IMG/VR virus record: IMGVR_UViG_2684623237_000002
Location: 1-64,000 of that record
DNA from: a virus
Lineage: Duplodnaviria > Caudoviricetes
DNA: 64,000 nt
Reading direction: 5' to 3' (one strand)
Under the pieces are notes generated by a model. It saw only the letters and a list, made by a program, of their open reading frames with translations, had not been told where the DNA came from and ran no database searches. Made by a program: the position numbers and the translations under genes. This document shows positions 35,601 through 44,923 of this stretch, piece by piece. Every line of letters starts with the position of its first letter. Positions within the stretch are counted from its first letter, which is position 1.

Positions 35601-37896
35601 CGTTCCGCAATCGCAGTTCCTCCTGTTACCGCACAAGTTTCGTGCATTCGTTGCCGGGTTCGGGTGCCTGCGAGGAAGCACCCTGGTTATGACTGAGTCT
35701 GGGCCTATGCCCATTCAGGAAATCGATCGGCCAATGCGCGTTCTATCGTGGTCGGCTGCGAATGATCGATTTGAGCTTGCTCTAAGTGGTGGCGCGTACC
35801 CAAAAGGTGCGGCGACGCTATTCCGAGTCGTGACGCAGCGAGGAGAATTTGTAGCAAGCGGACATCACCGCGTTCTCTGCGCTGACGGTAGCTATCGACG
35901 CGTGGATATGCTGGTCTCAGGTGAGATGGTATCTGCATCTTCGCAAAGCCTTCTTCAGACCAATTTGGCCGAAGTCCCGAAATCGTGGCACGCAGGTGAT
36001 CAGCATTCGAATCAAAGACTCGCAGATTCACTGGGTCGTTATGCAGATGAAGCCCGTCGATATGGTCAACAACTTCTGACGGAAGCAGGTATCGGCCAAT
36101 CTTCTGCTCGGCAATCAGCCGATGCTGGAACATCAAGCCAGTCTTCCTTGCTTGAGGGTGGTCGGCCGGAGCCTGGACTAGCGCATAGCCATCCAGGTCG
36201 ACAATTCTGCCTGCTTGGTAGCTGTGGTTCAGTTCGCCAAGCCGTCCTCCGCGACTCAGTCGATCTGCGTTGTGAGTCCTCAGGGTGTTCTGCACATGCT
36301 TGTCGCTGCACCCGAGAAGGCCAGCAATCTCTGCAGATGTCCGATTCTCTCCTGCAAGGGCAAGAATCTCCTGCTTCAGGCTGGATCGAGGCGCAGGCTT
36401 CGCTCGCTGCTTCAGCTTCAGGTTGTACCGCTCAATGCAGCGATAAACATGGCTGCGCTCGCACCCTGCAAGCTTCGCAACTTCTGATGCGCTGCGATCA
36501 GGCTGGGCAAGATCACAAATTTTCTGGTCTAGAGGCGTCAAATAATAGCTCCGCAATCGAATCCTGCTACATTTTAAGCGTTGTCGCACTCGATGTGGTA
36601 GAGACTTACTACGACCTGCAGGTGCTGGATAACAACTGCTACGTGACTGTCGATGGGGCTATCCATCACAACAGCGGCAAGACCTGGGTCGGATGCTCGG
36701 CACTGAGCAAGCACTTCATGGAGTGGCCCGGCGTTAACGCTGGCTACTTTGCACCGACTTACCCGCAGATCCGGGACATCTTCTATCCGACCATGGATGA
36801 GGTGGCCTACGACTGGGGGCTGAAGACCAAGATCAACCAGGCGAACCACGAAGTTCACATCTACAGCGGCCGGCAGTACCGCGGCACTGTGATTTGCAGG
36901 TCGATGGAGAAGCCGCAGACGATTGTCGGTTTCAAGATTGGTCACGCCCTGGTTGATGAGCTGGACGTGCTGACTGCCATCAAGGCTCAGCAGGCCTGGC
37001 GCAAGATCATTGCCCGTATGCGCTACAACCTTCCGGGGCTGAAGAACGGCGTGGACGTCACCACGACGCCAGAAGGCTTTAAGTTTGTCTTCCTGCAATT
37101 CGTGAAGCAGTTGCGCGACAAGCCGTCGCTCAAGGAAATGTACGGCCTGGTGCAGGCCAGCACGTTCGATAACGAGCTGAACCTGCCGGATGACTACATC
37201 GCCTCCCTGATGGAGTCGTATCCGCCGCAGCTGATCATGGCGTACCTCAAAGGCCAGTTCGTCAACCTGACGTCCGGCACGATCTACACGGCCTACGACC
37301 GCAAGCTCAACGGCTGCTTCGACACTGTGCTGCCCGGCGAGCCGCTGTTCATCGGGATGGACTTCAACGTAGGCAAGATGGCGGCGATTACCCATGTTAA
37401 GCGTGACCAGGGGCTGCCCAGGGCCGTGGATGAGCTGATCGACGGCTACGACACGCCCGACATGATCCGCCGCATCAAAGAGCGCTACTGGCAGCACGAC
37501 GGCAATGACTTCAAGAAGACCTGCGAGATCAGGATCTACCCAGATGCCTCGGGCGATTCGCGCAAGTCCGTGAACGCCAGTATCACCGATCTGGCCATGC
37601 TCAAGCAGGCCGGCTTTGCGGTCATCGCTCCCGCGGCAAACCCGCCGGTGAAGGACCGAATCAACGCAATGAACGCCGTCTTCTGCAATGCGCAGGGCGA
37701 GCGCCGCTACCTGGTCAATTCGCTCACCTGTCCGACCTACGCCGATGGCCTGGAACAGCAGGTGTGGGGCACGAACGGGGAGCCAGATAAAACCGCCGGC
37801 ATCGATCACGCGAACGACGCCGGCGGCTACTTCATCCACCGCGAGTACCCGATCATCAAACCGGTCACCGCTATCAAAATGGGATACGCCCGATGA
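35587..37896 (+). CDS. Terminase large subunit, intein-containing
   Basis: Walker A AGFG|SGKT split by the insert; LVDELD Walker B; TTTPEG; GMDFN nuclease motif. Confidence 0.95.
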   Translation: MPSLNVPQSQFLLLPHKFRAFVAGFGCLRGSTLVMTESGPMPIQEIDRPMRVLSWSAANDRFELALSGGAYPKGAATLFRVVTQRGEFVASGHHRVLCADGSYRRVDMLVSGEMVSASSQSLLQTNLAEVPKSWHAGDQHSNQRLADSLGRYADEARRYGQQLLTEAGIGQSSARQSADAGTSSQSSLLEGGRPEPGLAHSHPGRQFCLLGSCGSVRQAVLRDSVDLRCESSGCSAHACRCTREGQQSLQMSDSLLQGQESPASGWIEAQASLAASASGCTAQCSDKHGCARTLQASQLLMRCDQAGQDHKFSGLEASNNSSAIESCYILSVVALDVVETYYDLQVLDNNCYVTVDGAIHHNSGKTWVGCSALSKHFMEWPGVNAGYFAPTYPQIRDIFYPTMDEVAYDWGLKTKINQANHEVHIYSGRQYRGTVICRSMEKPQTIVGFKIGHALVDELDVLTAIKAQQAWRKIIARMRYNLPGLKNGVDVTTTPEGFKFVFLQFVKQLRDKPSLKEMYGLVQASTFDNELNLPDDYIASLMESYPPQLIMAYLKGQFVNLTSGTIYTAYDRKLNGCFDTVLPGEPLFIGMDFNVGKMAAITHVKRDQGLPRAVDELIDGYDTPDMIRRIKERYWQHDGNDFKKTCEIRIYPDASGDSRKSVNASITDLAMLKQAGFAVIAPAANPPVKDRINAMNAVFCNAQGERRYLVNSLTCPTYADGLEQQVWGTNGEPDKTAGIDHANDAGGYFIHREYPIIKPVTAIKMGYAR
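35665..36672 (+). mobile_element. 336-aa intein in the terL Walker A motif
   Basis: Block A CLRGSTLVMTESG, block B ASGHHRVL, block F TYYDLQVLDNNCYV, block G HHN followed by Ser+1. Confidence 0.93.
35705..36589 (-). CDS. Antisense HTH-HTH-HNH endonuclease nested in the intein (possible start TTG36556)
   Basis: SASEVAKLAGC and TSAEIAGLLGC HTHs; GELNHSY; HRLIAEQKIGRYL..SEVVDHIDG...NDPVNL HNH motif. Confidence 0.88.
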   Translation of the reverse strand: MRQRLKCSRIRLRSYYLTPLDQKICDLAQPDRSASEVAKLAGCERSHVYRCIERYNLKLKQRAKPAPRSSLKQEILALAGENRTSAEIAGLLGCSDKHVQNTLRTHNADRLSRGGRLGELNHSYQAGRIVDLDGYALVQAPADHPQARKTGLMFQHRLIAEQKIGRYLLPSEVVDHIDGLHLHNDPVNLRVFDSNADHLRATISGLRPNWSEEGFAKMQIPSHLRPAYPRVDSYRQRRERGDVRLLQILLAASRLGIASPHLLGTRHHLEQAQIDHSQPTTIERALADRFPEWA

Positions 37897-39311
37897 GCAA
37901 CGACGTCTCCTTCAAGCGGGCGGAATACACGGCAGTGCTGGATCGCTGGGCGACCGTTCGCGACGTCTGCGCGGGCCAGCACCGGGTAGTCGATCGGCTG
38001 CCGTACATCAACGCGCACGACAAGTCGCCGGAGAACGAAGATCGGAACCGGGCTTACCGCGAGCGAGCGGTGTTCAAGAACGCCACCGGGCACACCCGTA
38101 ACGGGCTGCTGGGTCTGGCCTTCCATAAAGACCCGACACTCACGGTGCCAAAGAAGCTGGAATACCTGCAAGACAACGCCAACGGCTCCGGAGTGAGCAT
38201 TTACCAGCACTCCCAAGGCACGCTGGAGAAGGTGCTTGAAGCTGGGCGCCACGGTCTGTACGTCGACTATCACCAGGACGACGGCATCGGCGGTCACTCG
38301 GTGATCCTGTCCTACTGCGCGGAAGACATCATCAATTGGCGCACGGGCATGGTTAACGGCCACAGCGTGCTGACGCTGGTGGTACTGCGCGAGTCTCCGG
38401 AGATTCCTGACGGCTTCGGCTACAAGACGGCTGAGCAGTACCGGGAACTGGCGCTTGAGGATGACGGGTTTGTTTGTCGTGTTTGGCGCCGGTCCGGCCC
38501 GAAAGGTGGCGGGCCGCTGGCGGTCATCGAAGAGTTCAGGCCGGAAGGCGTCACCGGGCGTCTCAAGGAGATCCCGTTCACCTTCGTCGGCGCGCAGAAC
38601 AACGACCCAAGCATCGATGAGTCACCGCTCTACGATATCGCCATGATCAATCTGGGCCATTACCGGAACAGCGCAGATTACGAAGACAGTGTCTTCTGGT
38701 GTGGCCAGGCCCAGCCATGGATCAGTGGTTTGGATGAGCAGTGGCGCGACTGGATGGAGAAGCACGGTGTCTATGTCGGCTCCAGGGCGCCAATGATGCT
38801 GCCGGCCGGCGGCCAGTTCGGCTACGCGCAACCCCAGCCGAACACGCTGGTTAAGGAGGCCATGGCCGACAAGAACCAAATGATGATCGAGCTTGGCGCC
38901 CGCATGGTCGTTGCGTCTCTGTCCTCAAAGACGGCAACCGAGGCGCGCGGTGACCAATCAGCGTCCACATCGGTGCTGGCCGGGTGCGTGGCGAACGTGA
39001 GCGAGGCCTACACCCGGGCGATCATGTGGTGCTGCGCCTACATGGGCATTGCTGACAAGAAGATCGCCTACCAAGTGAATCAGGAGTTCGTCGAGCTGAC
39101 GGCTGATCCGCAGATGATCACGGCTTTGGTTGGCTTGTGGCAGCAACGCGGCTTTGCCAAGGCAGACCTTCGGGCCTACCTGCGCAAGCTGGGGCTGATC
39201 GCGCCAGAGCGTACAGATCTGCAGATCGACGGTGAACTGGAAGAGCAGGGCGACGGCCTGGGCCTGGATGACGAGGACAAACCAAATGGCGGTAAATCCG
39301 GCAGTACTTGA
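37893..39311 (+). CDS. Portal protein (DUF4055-like)
   Basis: Follows terL; PLYDIAMINLGHYRNSADYE. Confidence 0.85.
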   Translation: MSNDVSFKRAEYTAVLDRWATVRDVCAGQHRVVDRLPYINAHDKSPENEDRNRAYRERAVFKNATGHTRNGLLGLAFHKDPTLTVPKKLEYLQDNANGSGVSIYQHSQGTLEKVLEAGRHGLYVDYHQDDGIGGHSVILSYCAEDIINWRTGMVNGHSVLTLVVLRESPEIPDGFGYKTAEQYRELALEDDGFVCRVWRRSGPKGGGPLAVIEEFRPEGVTGRLKEIPFTFVGAQNNDPSIDESPLYDIAMINLGHYRNSADYEDSVFWCGQAQPWISGLDEQWRDWMEKHGVYVGSRAPMMLPAGGQFGYAQPQPNTLVKEAMADKNQMMIELGARMVVASLSSKTATEARGDQSASTSVLAGCVANVSEAYTRAIMWCCAYMGIADKKIAYQVNQEFVELTADPQMITALVGLWQQRGFAKADLRAYLRKLGLIAPERTDLQIDGELEEQGDGLGLDDEDKPNGGKSGST

Positions 39312-40374
39312 TGCCACGATCCGGCACGCGGTCTTCCTCGAAAAGCTCAAGGCGGGGGAGGTGGGCAAGTTCGCTCCCTTCCTCAAGGAGATTGACCGAT
39401 CTATACGGGATCGGCTGACCCAGTCGGACCTGACCGAGTACAACACGAAGCGCCTGGAAGCGTTGCTGAAAGAGGTCGACAGTCTGTTGCTGGGCATCTT
39501 CGACCGGTACAGCGCGCAACTGAACCTTGACCTGGTGGACATCGCCAATTACGAGGCCGAGTTTGAGGCGACCAGTCTTGCCAGATCGGCGCCGGTTGGC
39601 GTGTCGCTGGATGTGGTCGCTCCGACGACCGCTGCAATCCGCACCGCAGTGCTGACGAATCCGCTCAGCGTGCGCGGCACAGGCGGCGGGAAGCTGCTGA
39701 AGGCCTTCATCAAGGGGTGGACCGGTGCGGAGCGTGAACGGGTTACCGGCACCATCCGGCAGGGCTTTTTCGAGGGGCAGACGAACTTTCAGATCATTCG
39801 CAACATTCGCGGCACCAAGGCGGCAGGGTACAAAGACGGCATCCTGGCCACCACCAACCGTAATGCCAGCACGGTCGTGCACACCGCGATTCAGCATGTG
39901 TCGTCCCAGGCGCGCATGGAGGTGGCCAAGGCCAACACGGATATCGTGGAAGAGATCCAGATGGTGGCCACGCTGGACAGCAAGACCAGCCAGCAATGCC
40001 GCTCAATGGACAAGCGTAAGTTTCCAGTGGATTCCGGGCCAAGGCCTCCGTTCCACCCGAACTGCCGTACTACGTTCGTTTTGCTCACCAAACTCAGCGC
40101 CATGTTCGCCAAAGGCGCTACCCGGGCTTCAGTGGGTGCTGACGGCGGGCAGCAGGTGAGTGCTGAACTCGATTACTACCACTGGCTCCAGCAGCAGCCG
40201 GCCTCGTTCCAGGACGTCGCCATCGGGCCCGTCCGAGCCAAACTGTTCCGGGAGGGCGGGCTGACCGTCGAGCGCTTCGCCGAACTGCAGCTTGATCGCA
40301 ACTTTGCGCCGCTGACTCTGGTGCAGATGAAGAGCCTAGAACCTCTAGCCTTCCAAAACGCTGGGTTCATATAG
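39286..40374 (+). CDS. Minor head morphogenesis protein (SPP1 gp7/Mu F)
   Basis: ATLDSKTSQQCRSMD...PPFHPNCR. Confidence 0.9.
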   Translation: MAVNPAVLDATIRHAVFLEKLKAGEVGKFAPFLKEIDRSIRDRLTQSDLTEYNTKRLEALLKEVDSLLLGIFDRYSAQLNLDLVDIANYEAEFEATSLARSAPVGVSLDVVAPTTAAIRTAVLTNPLSVRGTGGGKLLKAFIKGWTGAERERVTGTIRQGFFEGQTNFQIIRNIRGTKAAGYKDGILATTNRNASTVVHTAIQHVSSQARMEVAKANTDIVEEIQMVATLDSKTSQQCRSMDKRKFPVDSGPRPPFHPNCRTTFVLLTKLSAMFAKGATRASVGADGGQQVSAELDYYHWLQQQPASFQDVAIGPVRAKLFREGGLTVERFAELQLDRNFAPLTLVQMKSLEPLAFQNAGFI

Positions 40375-40412
40375 CTTGTAGAATGACCCTTCATAACCAT
40401 GGAAGAGACAGT

Positions 40413-41048
40413 ATGAATTGGGGTTGGATTTTGTTCTCGGTAGTGCTGGGCATTGTTTGCACTTTAGCTGGGCTATTTATCGGCGTCAGCGTGAATTCTG
40501 AGTGGTCGGTGAACTATTTGCCTGTCGGCGCTAGCTTTGGTGATTGGGGGAACTGGGTCTCTGGTGTTGGTGCTTTACTAGCGGTTTTGGTATCGCTGCA
40601 TCTCGCACGTCGAGACGATAGTGAGAAAGTTTCCACGGAAGTTGGCGTACAAGCTCTGTTAGACCGTGGGGCAGAAGGTCTTGGAATATTCATAAGAGCT
40701 GCTAGCGTCGGTCGATCTCCTACGACAGTAGTACAGGTCGGCGTTTGTATAGACGGCAAGCCACAAAGCTTTTGTCCAGCCGTTGCGTTTACCAGCGAAA
40801 CTGACGAAGTTCCGAAATATCTGGCGCGCGGGCAAATATTTGAGGCTTCTCTCGACATCGTTGGTATTTCGAAGGTGGCGTTAAGGTTCTATGAGGAGAC
40901 GAGTGGACAGCCTAAGAAGCTTCATTTTGAAGTTAGAACTGGTTCTAGGACGTACAGGGTAAAGCCCACTGCGGCGGCATTTGATCTCCTAGAAATGGCG
41001 TTTAAGTCGCAAGCCAAATATTCAGGGGGCGTCGCTAAAGCAACGTAG
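40413..41048 (+). CDS. Cargo membrane protein
   Basis: Two TM segments with WGNWVSGVGALLAVLVSL; lower GC; downstream terminator. Confidence 0.7.
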   Translation: MNWGWILFSVVLGIVCTLAGLFIGVSVNSEWSVNYLPVGASFGDWGNWVSGVGALLAVLVSLHLARRDDSEKVSTEVGVQALLDRGAEGLGIFIRAASVGRSPTTVVQVGVCIDGKPQSFCPAVAFTSETDEVPKYLARGQIFEASLDIVGISKVALRFYEETSGQPKKLHFEVRTGSRTYRVKPTAAAFDLLEMAFKSQAKYSGGVAKAT

Positions 41049-41072
41049 CTGGAACTGACTTTTATTGATAAG

Positions 41073-41098
41073 CCTCGGCAACTGCCGGGGTTTTTTTA
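41073..41098 (+). terminator. Rho-independent terminator
   Basis: CCTCGGCA..TGCCGGGG followed by a T-run. Confidence 0.75.
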
Positions 41099-41140
41099 TG
41101 CCTGCAAAGCGGGCAAAACATACCCAAGGGGTGCATCAAC

Positions 41141-41869
41141 ATGGCAGAAGAAAACGAAATCGACCTGGAAAACCCGGCAATCAAGGCCGCTATCGCGACT
41201 GCCGTTGAAGCATCCGTTTCTGGTTTGAAAACCAAGAACTCGGAGCTGCTGGGTAAGCTGAAGGAAACATCCGGCAAGCTGACCCAGTTTGAAACACAGT
41301 TTGAAGGCATCGACATCGACGCTGTTAAAGGCCTGCTCAGTCGAGCGGGCCAAGACGAAGAAACCAAGCTGCTGACTGAGGGCAAGGTTGACGAGGTCTT
41401 CAACCGCCGCACCGAGCGCCTGCGTGGCGACTACGACAAGCAACTGAAGACCATCAGCGAGCGCGCCGAGAAGGCGGAGTCGTTCGCTGCCAAGTTCCAG
41501 GGCAAAGTCCTGGGCGACTCGGTACGCGGTGCAGCGCTGAAAGCCGGCGCTCTGCCAGAAGCAACCGACGACATCATCCTGCGCGCCAAAGGCGTGTTCA
41601 CTCTTAACGAAGATGGCGATGCAGTCGCCGTTGATGAATCCGGCCAGGTCATCCTCGGTAAAGACGGCAAGACCCCTCTGACTCCGCTCGAATGGGCGGA
41701 ATCTCTGCGCGAAAGCGCACCTCATCTGTGGCCAAGGGCTTCAGGGACATTTGCCCCGGGCGGGGGTGGCGGCAAGGCTGCATTCAAGCGCTCCGAAATG
41801 ACCTCCGAGCAGAAGCGCGACTTTCAGCGCAAGCACGGCCAAACCGCATATCTCGCATTGCCCAAGTAA
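41141..41869 (+). CDS. Capsid scaffolding protein
   Basis: Coiled-coil; precedes the capsid gene; Gly-rich tail. Confidence 0.8.
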   Translation: MAEENEIDLENPAIKAAIATAVEASVSGLKTKNSELLGKLKETSGKLTQFETQFEGIDIDAVKGLLSRAGQDEETKLLTEGKVDEVFNRRTERLRGDYDKQLKTISERAEKAESFAAKFQGKVLGDSVRGAALKAGALPEATDDIILRAKGVFTLNEDGDAVAVDESGQVILGKDGKTPLTPLEWAESLRESAPHLWPRASGTFAPGGGGGKAAFKRSEMTSEQKRDFQRKHGQTAYLALPK

Positions 41870-41881
41870 GGGGATTGACCC

Positions 41882-42847
41882 ATGGCTACAACCGTTAACA
41901 GCGACCTGATCATCTACAACGATGAGGCGCAAACCGCATACCTGGAACGTGTTCAGGACAACCTGGACGTGTTCAACGCATCGTCCAACGGCGCAATGGT
42001 GCTGGACAACGAGCTGATCGAAGGCGACTTCCGCAAGCGCGCGCTCTACAAGCTGAACGGCTCTCTGGAGCATCGCGACGTCAACTCCGACGGCAAGGTA
42101 ACTGCCAAGAAGATCAGCGCCGGCGAAGCTGTCGGCGTCAAAGCTCCCTGGAAGTACGGCCCGTACCAGACCACCGAAGAGGCATTCAAGCGCCGCGGTC
42201 GTCCGGTCGAGGAGTTCTCCCAGATCGTCGGCGCCGACGTCGCTGATGCGACCCTGGAAGGCTTCATCCAGTACGCAACTGCTGGCCTGCGTGCCGCCAT
42301 CGGCTCCAACGCTGACATGGTGGTTTCGGCCAACATCGAAACCGATGGCAAGAAGACGCTGACTCGCGGTATGCGCAAGTTCGGCGACAAGTTCGGCCGT
42401 ATTGCTCTGTGGGTCATGCACTCCAGCGCCTACTTCGACATCGTCGACGAAGCCATCACCAACAAGATCTACGAAGAAGCTGGTGTCGTGATCTACGGCG
42501 GCCTGCCAGGCACCCTGGGCAAGCCGGTACTGGTGACCGACACCGCGCCGGCGGACGTGATCTTCGGCCTGCTGCCAAACGCCGTAACCATCACCGAGTC
42601 GCAGGCGCCGGGCTTCCGTTCCTACGAAGTGAACGACGAAGAAAACCTGAGCATCGGCTACCGCGCGGAAGGCACCGTGAACATCGATGTGCTGGGTTAT
42701 AGCTGGAAAGCCACCACTGGCGGTTCCAACCCAACCCTGGCTGCCGTCGGCTCCGCTGCCAACTGGGTCAAGCATGCGGGAAGCAACAAAGTCACCGCCG
42801 GCGTGATGATCACGCTGACCGCAACGCCTCCTGTTACTGGCGGTTAA
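41882..42847 (+). CDS. Major capsid protein
   Basis: 321 aa, strong codon bias, position. Confidence 0.85.
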   Translation: MATTVNSDLIIYNDEAQTAYLERVQDNLDVFNASSNGAMVLDNELIEGDFRKRALYKLNGSLEHRDVNSDGKVTAKKISAGEAVGVKAPWKYGPYQTTEEAFKRRGRPVEEFSQIVGADVADATLEGFIQYATAGLRAAIGSNADMVVSANIETDGKKTLTRGMRKFGDKFGRIALWVMHSSAYFDIVDEAITNKIYEEAGVVIYGGLPGTLGKPVLVTDTAPADVIFGLLPNAVTITESQAPGFRSYEVNDEENLSIGYRAEGTVNIDVLGYSWKATTGGSNPTLAAVGSAANWVKHAGSNKVTAGVMITLTATPPVTGG

Positions 42848-42894
42848 GCCTCAAACTCAACGCGCGGTCAGCAATGGCCGCCTTGGAGAAACAC

Positions 42895-43476
42895 ATGGAA
42901 CTGACTTACAGCAACCAGCTGAGCGGCTTCGACCCGGAGAAGCGTTACCGCAATCCGGAACACTTCGATAAGCCCGAAGCGGGTGTGACCAGCGTGCTGG
43001 TGATTGGCGATTGGCCGAGCGTGGTCAATGCGTACGAAGTAGCCGGCATCGATGTGTCGGTGAAGGAAGCCAAGCGGGCGCAGATTGTTGGTGTGGGCAA
43101 CCAAGCCGAACTGGAAAAGGTTATCGCGGCTTTGCTTGCTGAGCATGGATCGATCCAGATCCTTGTTGACGGTCTGGAAGCTGGCGAAATCCATCCTCCA
43201 GAGTCCGGCGACCTGGCGTTGCGCTTGTATGAAGTGCTGGGCGCCATCCATGCTTCGGTTGGTGAGTTGACCACAGAACGTGACGGGCTGACCCTGACTG
43301 TCGAGGCGCTGCGCGGCGAGGTTGAAGCGCTGAAGCAGGCTGCCCTCACGCCGTCGGCTGATGAGGCTGGTGAAATCGCGGCGCTGAAAGCAAAGCTCGA
43401 TGAGGCCAAGGTCCAGTACCGGGCCAACGCCTCGAGAGAATCCCTGGAAAAGCTCGTCGCAAAGTTGAGTGCCTAA
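42895..43476 (+). CDS. Head-associated hypothetical protein
   Basis: Follows the capsid gene; C-terminal HeH-like motif. Confidence 0.6.
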   Translation: MELTYSNQLSGFDPEKRYRNPEHFDKPEAGVTSVLVIGDWPSVVNAYEVAGIDVSVKEAKRAQIVGVGNQAELEKVIAALLAEHGSIQILVDGLEAGEIHPPESGDLALRLYEVLGAIHASVGELTTERDGLTLTVEALRGEVEALKQAALTPSADEAGEIAALKAKLDEAKVQYRANASRESLEKLVAKLSA

Positions 43477-43608
43477 TACGACCGAGCTGTAGGCAAGGCT
43501 AATAAAGGACTAAGCAAAAGCTTCGTGAGTTCTTCAGAAATCTACTAAATCAGGCGTGATTCAGGTAGGTTTTAACTTCTGACCTTCACCGAATCTATGG
43601 AGTGGATA

Positions 43609-44046
43609 ATGATGAGCGAAAATGGAGAGCTAAATCCTGAGCTTCACGAGCAAATAAAGAAATTCAGTAGTGCCGGAGATATGCTGGCTGAGTCAGGCCG
43701 CTATGAGGCAGCGGTGACTGAATATAACAAGGCCTGGGAAATGATCCCTTCACCAAAAAACGATTGGGAGGCCGCTACTTGGATTCTGGCGGCCATAGCT
43801 GATGCTTGTTTCTTGTCAGGATTCAAAACCTCTGCTCGCGAAGCTTTGCAGTACGCAATGACCTGCCCTGGCGGTCTCGGAAATCCATTTTTGCATCTGC
43901 GCCTTGGGCAGGTTTTGTTTGATGAAGGTCAAGAAGACTCTGCAGCAGACGAGTTGATGCGAGCATACATGGGGGCTGGCCCAGAGATTTTCGCAACTGA
44001 AGATGCTCGATACCTAATCTTTCTCAAAACACGTGCTGATCTTTGA
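43609..44046 (+). CDS. TPR protein (cargo)
   Basis: TPR helices; GNPFLHLRLGQ..DELMRAYM. Confidence 0.75.
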   Translation: MMSENGELNPELHEQIKKFSSAGDMLAESGRYEAAVTEYNKAWEMIPSPKNDWEAATWILAAIADACFLSGFKTSAREALQYAMTCPGGLGNPFLHLRLGQVLFDEGQEDSAADELMRAYMGAGPEIFATEDARYLIFLKTRADL

Positions 44047-44190
44047 AGTTCTTTAACTACTAGGCTGACCATCTCTCTACTGCACTGAGCGCTGTCTAGC
44101 GCTCTAGGCACTCCATCGTGCGCGCACTTGGTCTAATGACTTAGTCCGTAAAGCGAGCAGGCGGTCTAAACCCATTCAGCGAGCAAACGC

Positions 44191-44694
44191 ATGACACTAA
44201 TCATCGAGGACGGCACCGGCAAGCCTGACGCCGAAAGCTACGCGAGCGCCGAGGACCTGGCCATGTATGCCGTGAAATTCGGCACGGTCATCCCCTCCGG
44301 CGTTCCCGAGCAGGAAGCGCTGCTGCGCCGGGCCGCCCTGGCGATGGATGGCATGACCTGGAAGGGGCGAAAGACGAATAGCGAGCAGGGACTGTCCTGG
44401 CCGCGCCGGGAAGTGCTGCTGGACCACGAGATCAAGCCGAACAACTACCTGCCTGCGCGCATCCAGTACGGCCAAATGGCCCTGGCCGCTGAGATCCATC
44501 AGGACGACATCGACCCAATCGACAAGCGCAAAGGCGCTGTGACGCTGGAGCGTGTCGAAGGTGCGGTAACCCGCGAATACGCGACGATCTCCAACACCAG
44601 CAATCGGCTATTGCCGGCGGCACCTGATCGACCGAGCGCTACGCAGTTTGCCGACTACCTACAAAAACGCGGGCTTTTCGCTGTTCGTGCGTAG
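44191..44694 (+). CDS. Head-tail connector (DnaT-like annotated family)
   Basis: LIIEDGTG..AESYAS, QGLSWPR. Confidence 0.8.
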   Translation: MTLIIEDGTGKPDAESYASAEDLAMYAVKFGTVIPSGVPEQEALLRRAALAMDGMTWKGRKTNSEQGLSWPRREVLLDHEIKPNNYLPARIQYGQMALAAEIHQDDIDPIDKRKGAVTLERVEGAVTREYATISNTSNRLLPAAPDRPSATQFADYLQKRGLFAVRA

Positions 44695-44729
44695 TGGTAG
44701 CGTGGGCTCTCACACACAAGGAGGCTCGC

Positions 44730-44903
44730 ATGATTGTTAACGGTCAAGAAAGGCATGAAATTTGGAAGCTAGCGTATATAGCTGCAATCGGAGGTTTGGC
44801 AGCTAAGTCCATTCCAGATAACGATGTGGTTACTCGCGCAGTGGAAATCGCAAATAAGGCACTCTCTGAATATACAAACGAGATGTCGAAGAAAAGCTTC
44901 TAA
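44730..44903 (+). CDS. 57-aa cargo protein
   Basis: AAGGAGG SD; AT-rich. Confidence 0.55.
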   Translation: MIVNGQERHEIWKLAYIAAIGGLAAKSIPDNDVVTRAVEIANKALSEYTNEMSKKSF

Positions 44904-44923
44904 TTAAAAACTCTGGAGCCACC

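Noticed and set aside
35665-36672. Group I intron or IS element interrupting terL
   Set aside because: The insert is in-frame and stop-free with intein terminal residues; I see no terminal inverted repeats, target duplication or transposase.
36574-37839. Long antisense ORFs (also 57399..58997, 46005..47447, 41741..42775, 27640..28821, 3193..4287)
   Set aside because: They are shadows of GC3-biased genes with no motifs, unlike the antisense HNH ORF, which has clear domain signatures.
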